The notes under the pieces: generated by a model
The model's input: the letters and a program-made list of their open reading frames with translations, nothing else
Told to the model about the DNA's origin: nothing
The model's database searches: none
Translations under genes and position numbers: made by a program
Assembly (NCBI GenBank): GCA_963765575.1
Contig: CAVXWZ010000002.1
Span: forward strand, 320,001 to 384,000
DNA: 64,000 bases
Direction: 5' to 3'
Origin: an uncultured cyanobacterium
GTDB taxonomy: Bacteria; Cyanobacteriota; Cyanobacteriia; PCC-6307; Cyanobiaceae
Shown: piece after piece, positions 18,573 through 29,864 of the stretch
Position numbering within the stretch: position 1 is the stretch's first letter
Layout: each line of letters starts with the position of its first letter

Positions 18573-19412
18573 ATGGGTACGCACTCCGCCACTCTTGCGA
18601 GCGACCTTGTGGCCGCCCCCGCTGCTGAGGCCGCTGCCGCCCCCGCTGCTGAGACCCCGGCCGCCCATGGTGCTGCCGGTGCGCCGGTTGCCCCTGCTCA
18701 GCCGGCTGCTCCCGCTCAGCCAGCTGCAGCCCCCAGTCCCGCCAAGTCTGCCGCCCACGCCACCCCCACCCGCGAGGCGGTGCTCTCGCTGTTGCTGCGC
18801 CGCGGTGACATCACCGCGGCCGAGCTCTCGCAGTCGCTCGGCGTGTCGGTGCAGGCCATGCGCCGCCATCTCCGCAGCCTCGAGGATGCCGGCCTCGTCG
18901 AAGCCAGCAGTGCCACCCAGGGCCCTGGCCGGCCCAGCAACCGCTGGCAACTCACCGCCAAAGCCCAGGACCAGTTCCCGGACGGCAGCGAGGACTTCGC
19001 CCTCGGCCTGCTCGAATCCATGGTCGGCGTGCTGCCGGCGGACACCATCCAGCAGCTGCTCACCCAGCAGGCCCACCAGAAAGCAGTCACCTATCAGACA
19101 CACATCGGCCCGGGCACCCTGCACCAGCGCCTGCAGCGGCTCGTGGAGTTGCGCTGCCTCGAGGGCTTCGTGTCCGAATGCAGCCCGGATCCGCAGGGCA
19201 ACGGCTGGCTGCTGCGTGAATTTCACTGCTCGGTGATGCGCATCGCCGAGCAGTTCCCCTGTGTCTGTGACCAGGAGCTCCGGCTCATTCGTCAGACCTT
19301 TCCCGACTGCCAGGTGGACCGGGTGCATTGGCGGCTGGAGAAGGGCCATTCCTGCGGCTTCCAGTTGCGGCCCATCGCCGCTGCCGCTGGTCCCGAGCCA
19401 GCGTCCGTCTGA
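18573..19412 (+). CDS. sufR: Fe-S cluster biosynthesis regulator SufR, with Ala/Pro-rich N-terminal extension
   Basis: wHTH (SVQAMRRHLRSLE, GPGRP) plus C-terminal Cys ligands; divergent from suf operon; start uncertain. Confidence 0.92.
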   Translation: MGTHSATLASDLVAAPAAEAAAAPAAETPAAHGAAGAPVAPAQPAAPAQPAAAPSPAKSAAHATPTREAVLSLLLRRGDITAAELSQSLGVSVQAMRRHLRSLEDAGLVEASSATQGPGRPSNRWQLTAKAQDQFPDGSEDFALGLLESMVGVLPADTIQQLLTQQAHQKAVTYQTHIGPGTLHQRLQRLVELRCLEGFVSECSPDPQGNGWLLREFHCSVMRIAEQFPCVCDQELRLIRQTFPDCQVDRVHWRLEKGHSCGFQLRPIAAAAGPEPASV

Positions 19413-19416
19413 GGCG

Positions 19417-19800
19417 ATGCAGGCTGATCCCCCGGCAGGCGCCGAGCCCCTGGCAGGCCCTCTCACCCCGGCCGAAGTACAGGAGCTCGACTCCATTCTG
19501 CTGCCGGCCCTGGAGCGTCACCACCTGCGGCTTCTGGCCCATGGCCTGCGCAGCCTGCAGTCGGCCGCCGGCCGCCGCCATGGCGCCCTGCCCGAGCAGG
19601 AGCAACTGCAGGGCTGGGTGCTGAGCCAGCCGCAGGCCGCCGGCGCGCCGGATTTCGCCCAGGCGTTCCTGGTTCAATTGCAGAGCCTGGCCGCCCAGCT
19701 GGAGGCCATCGCCGCCACCCAACCGTGCGCCCCCCTGGCCTTGCGCCTCGATCAGTTGACCCAATGGGCCCGCAGCCAGGCCGATCAGCGACTCGGCTGA
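19417..19800 (+). CDS. Conserved hypothetical protein
   Basis: 127-aa ORF 4 nt after sufR stop; LLPALERHHLRLLAHGLR. Confidence 0.7.
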   Translation: MQADPPAGAEPLAGPLTPAEVQELDSILLPALERHHLRLLAHGLRSLQSAAGRRHGALPEQEQLQGWVLSQPQAAGAPDFAQAFLVQLQSLAAQLEAIAATQPCAPLALRLDQLTQWARSQADQRLG

Positions 19801-19832
19801 GCGGGCGGCCGTGGGCGTTCCGGCGCTGGCCA

Positions 19833-20735
19833 TCAGCGCACCAGCAGCACCACCCCCAGCAGCCCCAGACAGGCCGCCAGCCACCCCCGCGGGCCAGGGC
19901 GGTCCCCTTCCAACGGTGCCAGCAGCACGGCCATCAAGGGGGCCGTGGCGAGCAGTGACACCGCCAGGCCCACCGGCAGGCGCAGCAGGGCGAGCTGCTG
20001 CAGGGCAATCCCTGCGGTGGTGCCCAGCAGGGTGGCGGCAAGCACCAGCGGCCATCGGCGGCCGACGGGGCTGGGGCCGACGCGCCGCAGGGCCGGGGTG
20101 AGCAGGCTGGGCAGCAGCGGCAGCAACACCAGGCAAGCCCCCACCAGCCGCAGGCTGGAGGCCTGCAGGGGCGAGATTGGCTGCAGGCGCAGCGCCGCCC
20201 GGGCCAGCAGGGCCCCCGCGCTGCCACAGACCAGGGCCAGCAGCGCCAGCACCAGCCCCTGGCCCTGGCGACCGGGCGCGTCCAGGCCGGCGGGCGCGCC
20301 GGGAGGGGCGAGCCGGGGTGGCGGCTGCAGCGCCACCAGCAGCAGCGCCAGGCTCACCAGCACCATGCCCGCCCATTGCCGGGCTGACGGCAGCTCCGCC
20401 AGCAGCAGCGCACCGGCAGCACTGGTCAGCGCCGGTCCGCCAGCCTCAACGGTGAGGGTGCGGCGGGTACCCAGCCGGCGCAGCGCGGCGAAGTAGAAGC
20501 TGTCCCCGGCGGCGATCCCCGCCACCCCGCTCACCAGCAACAGGGCCAACGGCAGGGGTGCCACGGCCGGCAGGGCGAGGGCCAGCAGCGGCAGCTGCAA
20601 GGTCAGGGCGATGAGGTTCTTGAGCAGGTTCAGCTGGGCCGGCCCCAGGGAGGTGGGCAGTCGCCGCCAAAGGCCGCTGGCCAGGGTCCAGCCCAGGGCA
20701 GCCAGCAGGGCCGCCGCCACCCCCGTCGCCACCAC
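19833..20735 (-). CDS. DMT/EamA family transporter
   Basis: About ten hydrophobic segments in two repeats; GDSFYFAALRRLG. Confidence 0.85.
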   Translation of the reverse strand: MVATGVAAALLAALGWTLASGLWRRLPTSLGPAQLNLLKNLIALTLQLPLLALALPAVAPLPLALLLVSGVAGIAAGDSFYFAALRRLGTRRTLTVEAGGPALTSAAGALLLAELPSARQWAGMVLVSLALLLVALQPPPRLAPPGAPAGLDAPGRQGQGLVLALLALVCGSAGALLARAALRLQPISPLQASSLRLVGACLVLLPLLPSLLTPALRRVGPSPVGRRWPLVLAATLLGTTAGIALQQLALLRLPVGLAVSLLATAPLMAVLLAPLEGDRPGPRGWLAACLGLLGVVLLVR

Positions 20736-20781
20736 AAACCCCCCAGCGCCCTGCGATCATCGCCATAGACGCCCCCCTGCC

Positions 20782-21393
20782 GTGTCCGAGCCGATCGCCG
20801 ACGCCATCAGCTTCTTCCGGCTCAGCTGCGGTCGCTGGCGGTCCCAGCGCAGCAGCCACCATCTGCTGCACCGCCGGGCCGAGGCCGGCGGCTCCTGGAT
20901 TGAGGTGGTGGAACTGGGCGCGGACGATCCCCGCCTGACCGCCATCGCCGCGCTGCATGGCCAGGATCCGGCGGCCATGGTGGGCGGCTGCCGGGTCACC
21001 TGGAGTGCCTCGATGGCCTGGGACAAGGCGGGGGAGGCTCACCAGGGCGACAGCGTGTTCGCCCTGATCCCCACCGATGGGGCGGGCCGGGAGGGCCTGC
21101 TGCTGCGCGACCGGGGCTACGCCGAAACCGCACCGGTGGCCGGGCACTTCGCCATGGATGAGCGCGACGGACTGCTGCTCACCACCAGCTACGAAACCAT
21201 GAACAGCCTGGAGCGCTTCAGCTTCGCCGGACCCGACGTGCGCCTGCGCACCAGCACCGTCGAGGGCCTCTCGAACACGGCCTCGTTCTGCGTCGAGACC
21301 CGGGTGCTGGAGGGGCAGGCGGCCGGGGACGGGCGCCCCCCAAGCCAGGCTGCGGCCGAGGGCGGAGCAGCGCTGTCGCCCCTGGGCTGGTGA
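20782..21393 (+). CDS. cpcS: CpcS/CpeS-type phycobiliprotein lyase
   Basis: FFRLSCGRWRSQRSSHHL, LLRDRGYAE, SFCVETR; next to cpcG. Confidence 0.88.
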   Translation: MSEPIADAISFFRLSCGRWRSQRSSHHLLHRRAEAGGSWIEVVELGADDPRLTAIAALHGQDPAAMVGGCRVTWSASMAWDKAGEAHQGDSVFALIPTDGAGREGLLLRDRGYAETAPVAGHFAMDERDGLLLTTSYETMNSLERFSFAGPDVRLRTSTVEGLSNTASFCVETRVLEGQAAGDGRPPSQAAAEGGAALSPLGW

Positions 21394-21500
21394 GTCCAGG
21401 ACGTTGGTGGCGAACGTTACGGACTGTGAGCCCTGCCGCCAAGCCGTCTGTGGCGCCCAGGCCACACTTCTACGATCCCTGCGACGGATGCTGAAGACGT

Positions 21501-22259
21501 GTGGCCCTGCCTCTCCTGAAGTACGCCCCCATCACCCAGAACGCCAGGGTTGACGCCCTGCGGGTGGGCTCGGATGAGGACCCCAAGGCCTCGTCCATGG
21601 ACAAGGCCATGGACCGGGAAGATCAGAACTTTGTGATTGAAGCGGCTTACCGCCAGATCTTCTTCCACGCGTTCAAGGTTGACCGCGACCGCACCCTGGA
21701 GTCGCAGCTGCGCGACGGGCAGATCAGCGTGCGGGATTTCATCCGCTCCCTCTGCCTGTCGGACACCTTCAACCGCAGCTTCTACAACCTCAACAGCAAC
21801 TACAAGGTGGCCCGCCACCTGGTGGAAAAGCTGCTTGGTCGCAAGACCCACGGCAAAGCCGAGGAGATCGCCTGGTCCGCCGTGCTGATGACCCGCGGGG
21901 TCAAGGGCATGGTCGACGACATCCTCGACAGCGAGGAGTACCTCGGGGCCTTCGGCTACGACACCGTGCCCTTCCACCGCAATCGGGTGGTGGGCAGCCG
22001 GGATCTCGGTGACACCCCCTTCAACATCACCAGCCCCCGCTACGACGCCTACTTCCGCAACATCCTGGGCTTCCCCCAGGTGGTGTACACCGGCTCCGCC
22101 CGCAAGTTCCCGGAGCGGGCCCGCCAGCGCCGTGGCGGCGCCCCCGAGGACTATCTCGACTGGGTGCGCGCCATGCCCGCCATGCGCGCCAGCAGTGCCT
22201 CCTCCAGTGCCAACGTCGACTACATGGCCCGGGTGCCCTATCGCAGCATCGGCCGCTGA
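21501..22259 (+). CDS. cpcG: Phycobilisome rod-core linker
   Basis: ALPLLKYAP, IEAAYRQIF, LESQLRDGQI, FGYDTVP. Confidence 0.93.
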   Translation: MALPLLKYAPITQNARVDALRVGSDEDPKASSMDKAMDREDQNFVIEAAYRQIFFHAFKVDRDRTLESQLRDGQISVRDFIRSLCLSDTFNRSFYNLNSNYKVARHLVEKLLGRKTHGKAEEIAWSAVLMTRGVKGMVDDILDSEEYLGAFGYDTVPFHRNRVVGSRDLGDTPFNITSPRYDAYFRNILGFPQVVYTGSARKFPERARQRRGGAPEDYLDWVRAMPAMRASSASSSANVDYMARVPYRSIGR

Positions 22260-22284
22260 ACCCCAGCACAGCCCAAAACCCCGC

Positions 22285-22309
22285 AGGCGACCCTGAGGTC
22301 GCCTTTTTT
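22285..22309 (+). terminator. Rho-independent terminator after cpcG
   Basis: AGGCGACC-CTGA-GGTCGCCT followed by a T run. Confidence 0.85.
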
Positions 22310-22419
22310 CATGCCGTCTGCGCCCCCGGTCGGCGTCAGTGCTTGCTGACCACCCGAGCCCGCCACCGCGCCAGGGGTGACAAAGTCATGCGCCCTGATC
22401 CCAAAGGAAAAGTTTCGCC

Positions 22420-23537
22420 GTGGCTAAGTCACTCGGATCGTTGGCACGCATGACCCTGCGGCAGCTGCGTCAGGTTGCCAGCGATCTCGGTGTGGGCCTG
22501 TACAGCCGCAAATCGAAGGACCAGCTGGTCGCCGCGATCGGGGATCGCAACGAGGAGGAGATCAGCCAGCCGACCCTCCAGGCCCCAAACCTCCAGGCCA
22601 TGGAGACGGAGATGGAGCCTGCCCCCAGGCCGGAGGCCGAAACCAACGTGGTGTTCCTGCCCCGCGATCCCCAGTGGGCCTACGTGTTCTGGGAGATCTC
22701 CGAAGACGACCGCGCTTCCGCCCAGTCCGCCGGGGCCACCCAGCTCTGCCTGCGGGTGGCCGACGTCACCGGACTGCCCGAGCGGCTCCGTTCACCCCCA
22801 CACCCTGCAGGAGGTGATCGTCGACAGCCATGCCACCGAGTGGTACCTGCCCGTACCGCTCAGCGACCGCGACTACCGAGTGGAACTGGGCTATCGCAAG
22901 GGCAGCTCCGGGGGCTGGATCACCCTCGCGTTCTCCTCGGTGGCCCGGGTGCCTGCCCTCCACCCCAGCGAGCAGATCCTCGATCAGTTCGTGCCCTTCT
23001 CCCTCGACAGCACGCCCGTCACCATCCCGGCCGCTGGGTCGGCTGCGGTTGCTTCCCCACCCACCGCAGCCGGGGATACGGGGCTCCACGAGCGCCTCTA
23101 CCAGACCGCAACGGCCCAGTGGCGGCGCATCAGCCGCGGGTCGGAGGCCTTCCACGAACTTGAAGGGGCCGGTCGCGACTCCACCAGTGAGCTGCACGCC
23201 TCCGGCATGCGGCCTCTGGGCCAGTGGCCGCGACTCCGGCATCGGCGGGGTTGAAGCCCGCCAGCGCTCCTTCTGGCTGGTGGCCGATGCCGAGCTGATC
23301 GTCTACGGGGCCACCGATCCCTCGGCCCGCCTCAGCATCGGCGGAGAGGACGTGCCCCTGTCGGCTGATGGCACCTTCCGGGTCCAGGTGCCGTTCCGCG
23401 ATGGCAAGCAGCTCTACCCGATCGAAGCGTTGGCCGCCGATGGTGTCCAGAAGCGCTCGATCACCCTGGAATTCAGCCGCACCACCCCTGAGGACAACAG
23501 CAACCCGGCGGAGAAGGCCGCCAGCGAGTGGTTCTGA
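22420..23537 (+). CDS. DUF4912 domain protein with Rho-N-like N-terminus; two +1 frameshifts (~22780, ~23210)
   Basis: TLRQLRQVA, FLPRDPQWAYVFWE, then EWYLPVP..RDYRVELGY, then FWLVADAELIVYGAT in three successive frames. Confidence 0.85.
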
Positions 23538-23538
23538 G

Positions 23539-23721
23539 ATGGGTCTCAAGCGAATCCTGGTGGCGGCCACCCCCCTTGCTGGTGCCCTGGCCTTCCCCCT
23601 TGCAGTGCCCCTGGTGATGCGCTCAGCCGGCTTGCCTGCCGCCGTGCTCACCGCCGTGGTGCTGGGCAGCGTCTGGTTTGCGGTGATGCTGCGCAGCGCC
23701 GAGATGCCCTCGCACAACTGA
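23539..23721 (+). CDS. Small hypothetical membrane protein (60 aa)
   Basis: Two hydrophobic segments; starts 1 nt after previous stop. Confidence 0.65.
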   Translation: MGLKRILVAATPLAGALAFPLAVPLVMRSAGLPAAVLTAVVLGSVWFAVMLRSAEMPSHN

Positions 23722-23772
23722 GCCCAGGCGGCGTGGCAATGCTGTAGCCGCCCCCTGCCTGCAGCCACCGCC

Positions 23773-25140
23773 GTGGCCCTCAGTCGATCTCCCCTGGCCG
23801 GCATCCTGGCCCTGCTGCTCGCCAGCGGCTGCAGTGCCGAGGCCCGGCTTGAGGGCTCTCCGCCCGCCCGGCTGCCCCTGCCGGAGGGCATCGACGTGGC
23901 CTTCAACCACAACCCGGCCACGCGCTACCGCAGCCCCGTCCATGGCCGCTGGCGTCAGGGCGACAACCTGGAGGCCTTCCTGCTCTCGGCAATCTCTCAA
24001 GCCGAGCTGGAGATCCTGGTGGCCGTGCAGGATCTCAGCCTCAGCGAGGTCGCACGGGCCCTCGTGGCACGCCACCGCCAGGGCCTGCGCGTGCGGGTGG
24101 TGCTGGAGAACACTTACAGCACCCCGTGGAGCGATCTGCACCCAGCCGACCTCACCCCGCGGCAGCGGCAGCGGCGGCAGCAGCTTCAGGCCCTGGGGGG
24201 AGGGGATGCGGTGGCCATCCTCCGGGACGGCGGGGTGCCGATGATCGATGACACGGCCGATGGCAGCGCCGGCAGCGGCCTGATGCACCACAAGTTTGTG
24301 GTCATCGATGGGCGCGAGGTGATCACCGGCTCCAGCAACTTCACGGCCTCCGGCATGCACGGCGACCCCGATGACGCCAGCACGCGGGGCAACGTGAACC
24401 ACCTGCTACGGCTGCAGAGCCGCGAGCTGGCCGAGCTCTTCCGCCAGGAGTTCGAGCGGCTCTGGGGCGATGGCCCGGGGGGCGCCATGGACAGCCGTTT
24501 CGGCCTGGCCAAACAGAGCCAGGGGGTGCGCTGGGTGCGGGTGGGCAGCACCAGGGTGGGTGTGCTGTTCTCGCCCCACCGCTCCAGCGACGAACGCAAC
24601 GGCCTGCGGCTGCTGGAGCAGCTGCTCGAGGACGCCGGCAACCAGCTCGATCTGGCCCTGTTCGTGTTCTCCGACCAGCGCCTGGGCAACCTGGTGGGCG
24701 ACCTGCACGACCGGGGCGTGGACGTGCGCCTGCTCGCCGACCCCGGCTTCGCCAACCGTTTCTTCAGCGAGGTGCTCGACCTGCAGGGCCTGGAGCTGCC
24801 CGACCATCGCTGCATCGTCCAGGCCGGGAATCGTCCGCGGCGCCAGCCCCTGCCAGGGGTGGGCACGCCACGGCTTTCGGGCGGCGACAAGCTGCACCAC
24901 AAGCTGGCCGTGATCGATCGCCGCCGGGTGGTCACCGGCTCCTTCAACTGGAGCCCTTCTGCAGCACACACCAACGACGAAACCCTGTTGGTGATCGATT
25001 CCGCCACGCTGGCAGCCCACTTCGAAGCCGAGGTGGATCGGCTCTGGAGGGGGGCGGAACTGGGCATCACCGACCGCCTGCAGCGCAAGCAGGAGCGGAT
25101 GCGGGAGCGCTGCGGCAGTGGCCGCCGGGCAGCCTCCTAA
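23773..25140 (+). CDS. Phospholipase D-like nuclease domain protein (ComA-like), probable lipoprotein
   Basis: Two HKD motifs (HHKFVVID, HHKLAVID); LASGC lipobox. Confidence 0.85.
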   Translation: MALSRSPLAGILALLLASGCSAEARLEGSPPARLPLPEGIDVAFNHNPATRYRSPVHGRWRQGDNLEAFLLSAISQAELEILVAVQDLSLSEVARALVARHRQGLRVRVVLENTYSTPWSDLHPADLTPRQRQRRQQLQALGGGDAVAILRDGGVPMIDDTADGSAGSGLMHHKFVVIDGREVITGSSNFTASGMHGDPDDASTRGNVNHLLRLQSRELAELFRQEFERLWGDGPGGAMDSRFGLAKQSQGVRWVRVGSTRVGVLFSPHRSSDERNGLRLLEQLLEDAGNQLDLALFVFSDQRLGNLVGDLHDRGVDVRLLADPGFANRFFSEVLDLQGLELPDHRCIVQAGNRPRRQPLPGVGTPRLSGGDKLHHKLAVIDRRRVVTGSFNWSPSAAHTNDETLLVIDSATLAAHFEAEVDRLWRGAELGITDRLQRKQERMRERCGSGRRAAS

Positions 25141-25166
25141 GATCCTCAATAGGGACCCCTGCACCG

Positions 25167-25409
25167 ATGCCCGCTCCGTCCGGATCCCACGAGCAGCTCG
25201 CCACGCTGGACGCGATTCAGCTGATGCTGCGCGATCTGCACACACGCCACGACGACATTCGCCACCGGGCCGCGTTCCGGGGCTGCACCAGCGAACTCCT
25301 CGACGTGCAGCAGGAGTTGGTGGACTACCTGCTGGCGAAAAAGGGTGAGCTGATGGGTCAGAACTGCCGCGACGGCCAGTCGCTCCCCAGCTACAGCGCC
25401 TATCTCTGA
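25167..25409 (+). CDS. Hypothetical protein (80 aa)
   Basis: Fills the gap between co-oriented genes; genome-like codon usage. Confidence 0.6.
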   Translation: MPAPSGSHEQLATLDAIQLMLRDLHTRHDDIRHRAAFRGCTSELLDVQQELVDYLLAKKGELMGQNCRDGQSLPSYSAYL

Positions 25410-25452
25410 ATCGGCTCAGGACCACCAAGCAGCCGGCTCCGGCCTGCCGGTC

Positions 25453-26724
25453 GTGATCGTTGGCGCCGGCCCGGCCGGCGCCAGCCTGGCCCTGCGGCTG
25501 GCCCGCGCCGGGCGGGCCGTGACCCTGGTGGAGGCCGCAGACCTAGACGGTCTGGAACGCCAGTTCCGTGGCGAGGCCCTGATGCCCCATGGCCTCGCGG
25601 CCCTGGACGCCATGGGGCTGCTCCCCCTGCCGGCCGCCGTGCCCCAGCGCCCCCTGGCCGGCTGGCGGTTCGTGCTGGACAGGCGCGAGCTGTTCCGACT
25701 GGCCGAACCCCTGGAGCCATCGCCGGCAGCGTTGCCCTGCACCCTGATCAGCCAGCCAGCCCTGCTGCGCCACTGGCTCGAGGAGCTGGCGGAGCTGCCC
25801 TCGGCCCGGCTGCTGCTGGGCCAGCGGGTCACCGGCCTGCTGTGGGGCGATGGCCGGGTGCGGGGTGTGCAGCTGGCCGATGGACAGGACCTGGCCGCCC
25901 GCCTGGTGGTGGCGGCCGATGGCAGGGGGTCGCGGCTGCGGCAGCTGGCCGCACTGCCGTTGCTGCGGGCCGGCAGCCCCATCGACCTGCTCTGGTTCCG
26001 GCTGGAGGACCACGACCCCAGCCCCCTGGAGGGCTGGTTCACCACCGTGGTGGGCCCCGCAGGACTGTTCAGCGCCTTTGACAGTGCCGGCGGCGGCCTG
26101 CAGCTGGGCTGGGTGCTCGACCGCAGCACCAGCGGTGCCGGCCGCCAGGGGGCCGCGCCCGACCCGCAAGCCAGCCCCTGGGCCGAGCGCTTCGCCGCCC
26201 TCAGTCCGCCGCCGCTGGCCCGCTGGCTGCGCGCCTCAGCCGGGGGGCTGCAGGCGCCGGTGCCGCTGCGGGTGGAGGTGGGGCAGGCGGAGCGCTGGTG
26301 GCGACCGGGCCTGCTACTGCTGGGGGATGCCGCCCACCCCATGAGCCCGGTGCGGGCCCAGGGCATCAACCTGGCGCTGCGCGATGCCTGCAGCGCGGGG
26401 GAGGCCCTGGTGGCGGCGCTGCCCGCGGCGGGGCAGGGAGTGGCGGGGTTGGCAGGGCAGGCCCTCGACCGGGTGCTGGCGGAGATCGAAGCGCGCCGGA
26501 GGCCGGAGAGCGAAACACTCCAGCGGCTGCAGGCGGAGGAAACCCGGCGCGGCACGCTGCTGCGGCACCAGGGCTGGCTGCGGCGGGGGCTGGCCATGGC
26601 CGCGCCCTGGCTGGGGCCGCTGGTGGCCCAGCGCTGGCGCCGGCAGCAGGCCCCCCTGCGCCTCGGCATCACATCCCTGGCCGGGGACAGCGGCTCAGCT
26701 GGCTCTCCTGCCCAGCGGCAATGA
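25453..26724 (+). CDS. FAD-dependent oxidoreductase (UbiH-like monooxygenase family)
   Basis: IVGAGPAG, VAADG, LLGDAAHPMSPVRAQGINLALRD. Confidence 0.88.
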   Translation: MIVGAGPAGASLALRLARAGRAVTLVEAADLDGLERQFRGEALMPHGLAALDAMGLLPLPAAVPQRPLAGWRFVLDRRELFRLAEPLEPSPAALPCTLISQPALLRHWLEELAELPSARLLLGQRVTGLLWGDGRVRGVQLADGQDLAARLVVAADGRGSRLRQLAALPLLRAGSPIDLLWFRLEDHDPSPLEGWFTTVVGPAGLFSAFDSAGGGLQLGWVLDRSTSGAGRQGAAPDPQASPWAERFAALSPPPLARWLRASAGGLQAPVPLRVEVGQAERWWRPGLLLLGDAAHPMSPVRAQGINLALRDACSAGEALVAALPAAGQGVAGLAGQALDRVLAEIEARRRPESETLQRLQAEETRRGTLLRHQGWLRRGLAMAAPWLGPLVAQRWRRQQAPLRLGITSLAGDSGSAGSPAQRQ

Positions 26725-26753
26725 TGGGCTGCACCGCCAGGCCCGCCGCCGTC

Positions 26754-27245
26754 ATGCACCGATCGTCCCCCCCAACGGCGCCCCGCGGCAGCAGCCAGGG
26801 CCCGGCGGCCCGCCCTGGCCGCCAGCTCAGCGGCGCTCTGCTGAGCTGGGCCGTTGTGCTGGGGATGGTGGCGGTGCCGGCGAGCCGGGCCGCCGAACCG
26901 GCCCATCCCAGCCGCGAGCAGCTGCGCGAGCTGCAACTCACCACGTTCAACTGCGCCCGCGACAACCAGGCCGACGACTGTGACCGCGCCCAGCGCGAGG
27001 CAGACACGTTGCTCGACCATCCGCGCCTGTCGGGGACCTGCAAGGACACCCTCTGGACCATCAGCCAGGAGGCCGTGATCGCCCCCCAGAACAGCTTTGA
27101 GCGCCGCGACCGACTCGATCAGGCCGGCGATGATCTGATGCGCTTCTGCCCCCGCAACCTCCAGCCAGCCCGAGGCAGCGGCGGCGCCGGTGGTGCTCCG
27201 GCCAACCCACCGGCGGGCGGCCTCAGGGGGTTGTTTGGACGTTGA
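26754..27245 (+). CDS. Hypothetical exported protein with four Cys
   Basis: Signal-like segment; LLDHPRLSGTCKDTLW; start uncertain. Confidence 0.6.
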   Translation: MHRSSPPTAPRGSSQGPAARPGRQLSGALLSWAVVLGMVAVPASRAAEPAHPSREQLRELQLTTFNCARDNQADDCDRAQREADTLLDHPRLSGTCKDTLWTISQEAVIAPQNSFERRDRLDQAGDDLMRFCPRNLQPARGSGGAGGAPANPPAGGLRGLFGR

Positions 27246-27657
27246 TCAGGTCCAGCAGCTCGCTTGAGGTGGTCTCCATGAAGGCGAACGACCAGGTGGG
27301 CTGAACCACCGCCCGGTTGGACAGTTCACAGAGGGCGTTGGTCGTGGCAGCCGCTTCGCAGCTGGCCACCATCCCCAGCAGCGCATTGGTGAGCTTGCCC
27401 CGCAGGCAGCTCTCGGTGCCGCTGCGGGCGAGCACGGCCTTGGCGGCGGTCCTGGTGCGGCCCAGGGCCTGGTCGTAGGGCAACGCCCGGGCCCCACCCA
27501 TGACAGCGGCAGCCGTGGGCTGCGCCCCAGCGCAGGCCGCCAGCAGCACGGCAGCCGCGGCGACCGCCCGCAGCCCAGCTCCCGGCCGGGGCAGGCCGGC
27601 GCTGCGGGGGGTGCCAACAGGACGGGATGCCTGACGGGCCAGCGGGGAGTGGATCAC
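27223..27657 (-). CDS. Hypothetical exported protein
   Basis: Hydrophobic leader; ESCLRGKLTNALL..SCE..LCEL; start uncertain. Confidence 0.55.
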   Translation of the reverse strand: MIHSPLARQASRPVGTPRSAGLPRPGAGLRAVAAAAVLLAACAGAQPTAAAVMGGARALPYDQALGRTRTAAKAVLARSGTESCLRGKLTNALLGMVASCEAAATTNALCELSNRAVVQPTWSFAFMETTSSELLDLINVQTTP

Positions 27658-27706
27658 GGGGCGACGGAGTGGGAGGAGGGCAGGCAAAGGTGCGGCAGCC
27701 TTCTGA

Positions 27707-29476
<1,770 letters not shown>

Positions 29477-29510
29477 GCCTGCCAGGGGTCAGGTGATCAC
29501 CTCATCCGTC

Positions 29511-29864
29511 TCAGCGATCCGGCGAATCCGAAGGCTTGCTCTCGTCCTGCGGGGTGGCAGCCGAGGCATCCACGGGCGGGCCAGCTTGGGAGCCGTCGGG
29601 CACGACAGGCCTGCGGGGATTCCTCAGGGGTGACGGCCGGTACCCCTGGATCTCCTCGAGTTGCTTCATGGTGTGGGTGGCCACACCCCACAGCGCTCCT
29701 GCAGCCGTCAGCAACACGAACCACCAGTAGAAGGTGGTGGGTTTGACCTGGGCCGGCGTGTTCACAATCAGCGAACGCAGGAACAGGGCGACAGAAAATC
29801 CAATGGCCCCACCCGCCAGGGTGGCAAGAGTGGCAGCGACGCCGCTGAAACGGGAGCGGGCCAT
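29511..29864 (-). CDS. Hypothetical two-TM membrane protein
   Basis: ATG overlaps RND stop; two hydrophobic segments. Confidence 0.6.
   Translation of the reverse strand: MARSRFSGVAATLATLAGGAIGFSVALFLRSLIVNTPAQVKPTTFYWWFVLLTAAGALWGVATHTMKQLEEIQGYRPSPLRNPRRPVVPDGSQAGPPVDASAATPQDESKPSDSPDR

Noticed and set aside
18610..18730. Short repeats in the sufR 5' region and the LEPVA repeats in gltS (1980-2045)
   Set aside because: Low-complexity Ala/Pro linkers, common in high-GC picocyanobacterial proteins
23773..25140. PLD-domain protein as an anti-phage nuclease
   Set aside because: Lipoprotein signal and housekeeping context fit the ComA-like competence nuclease family
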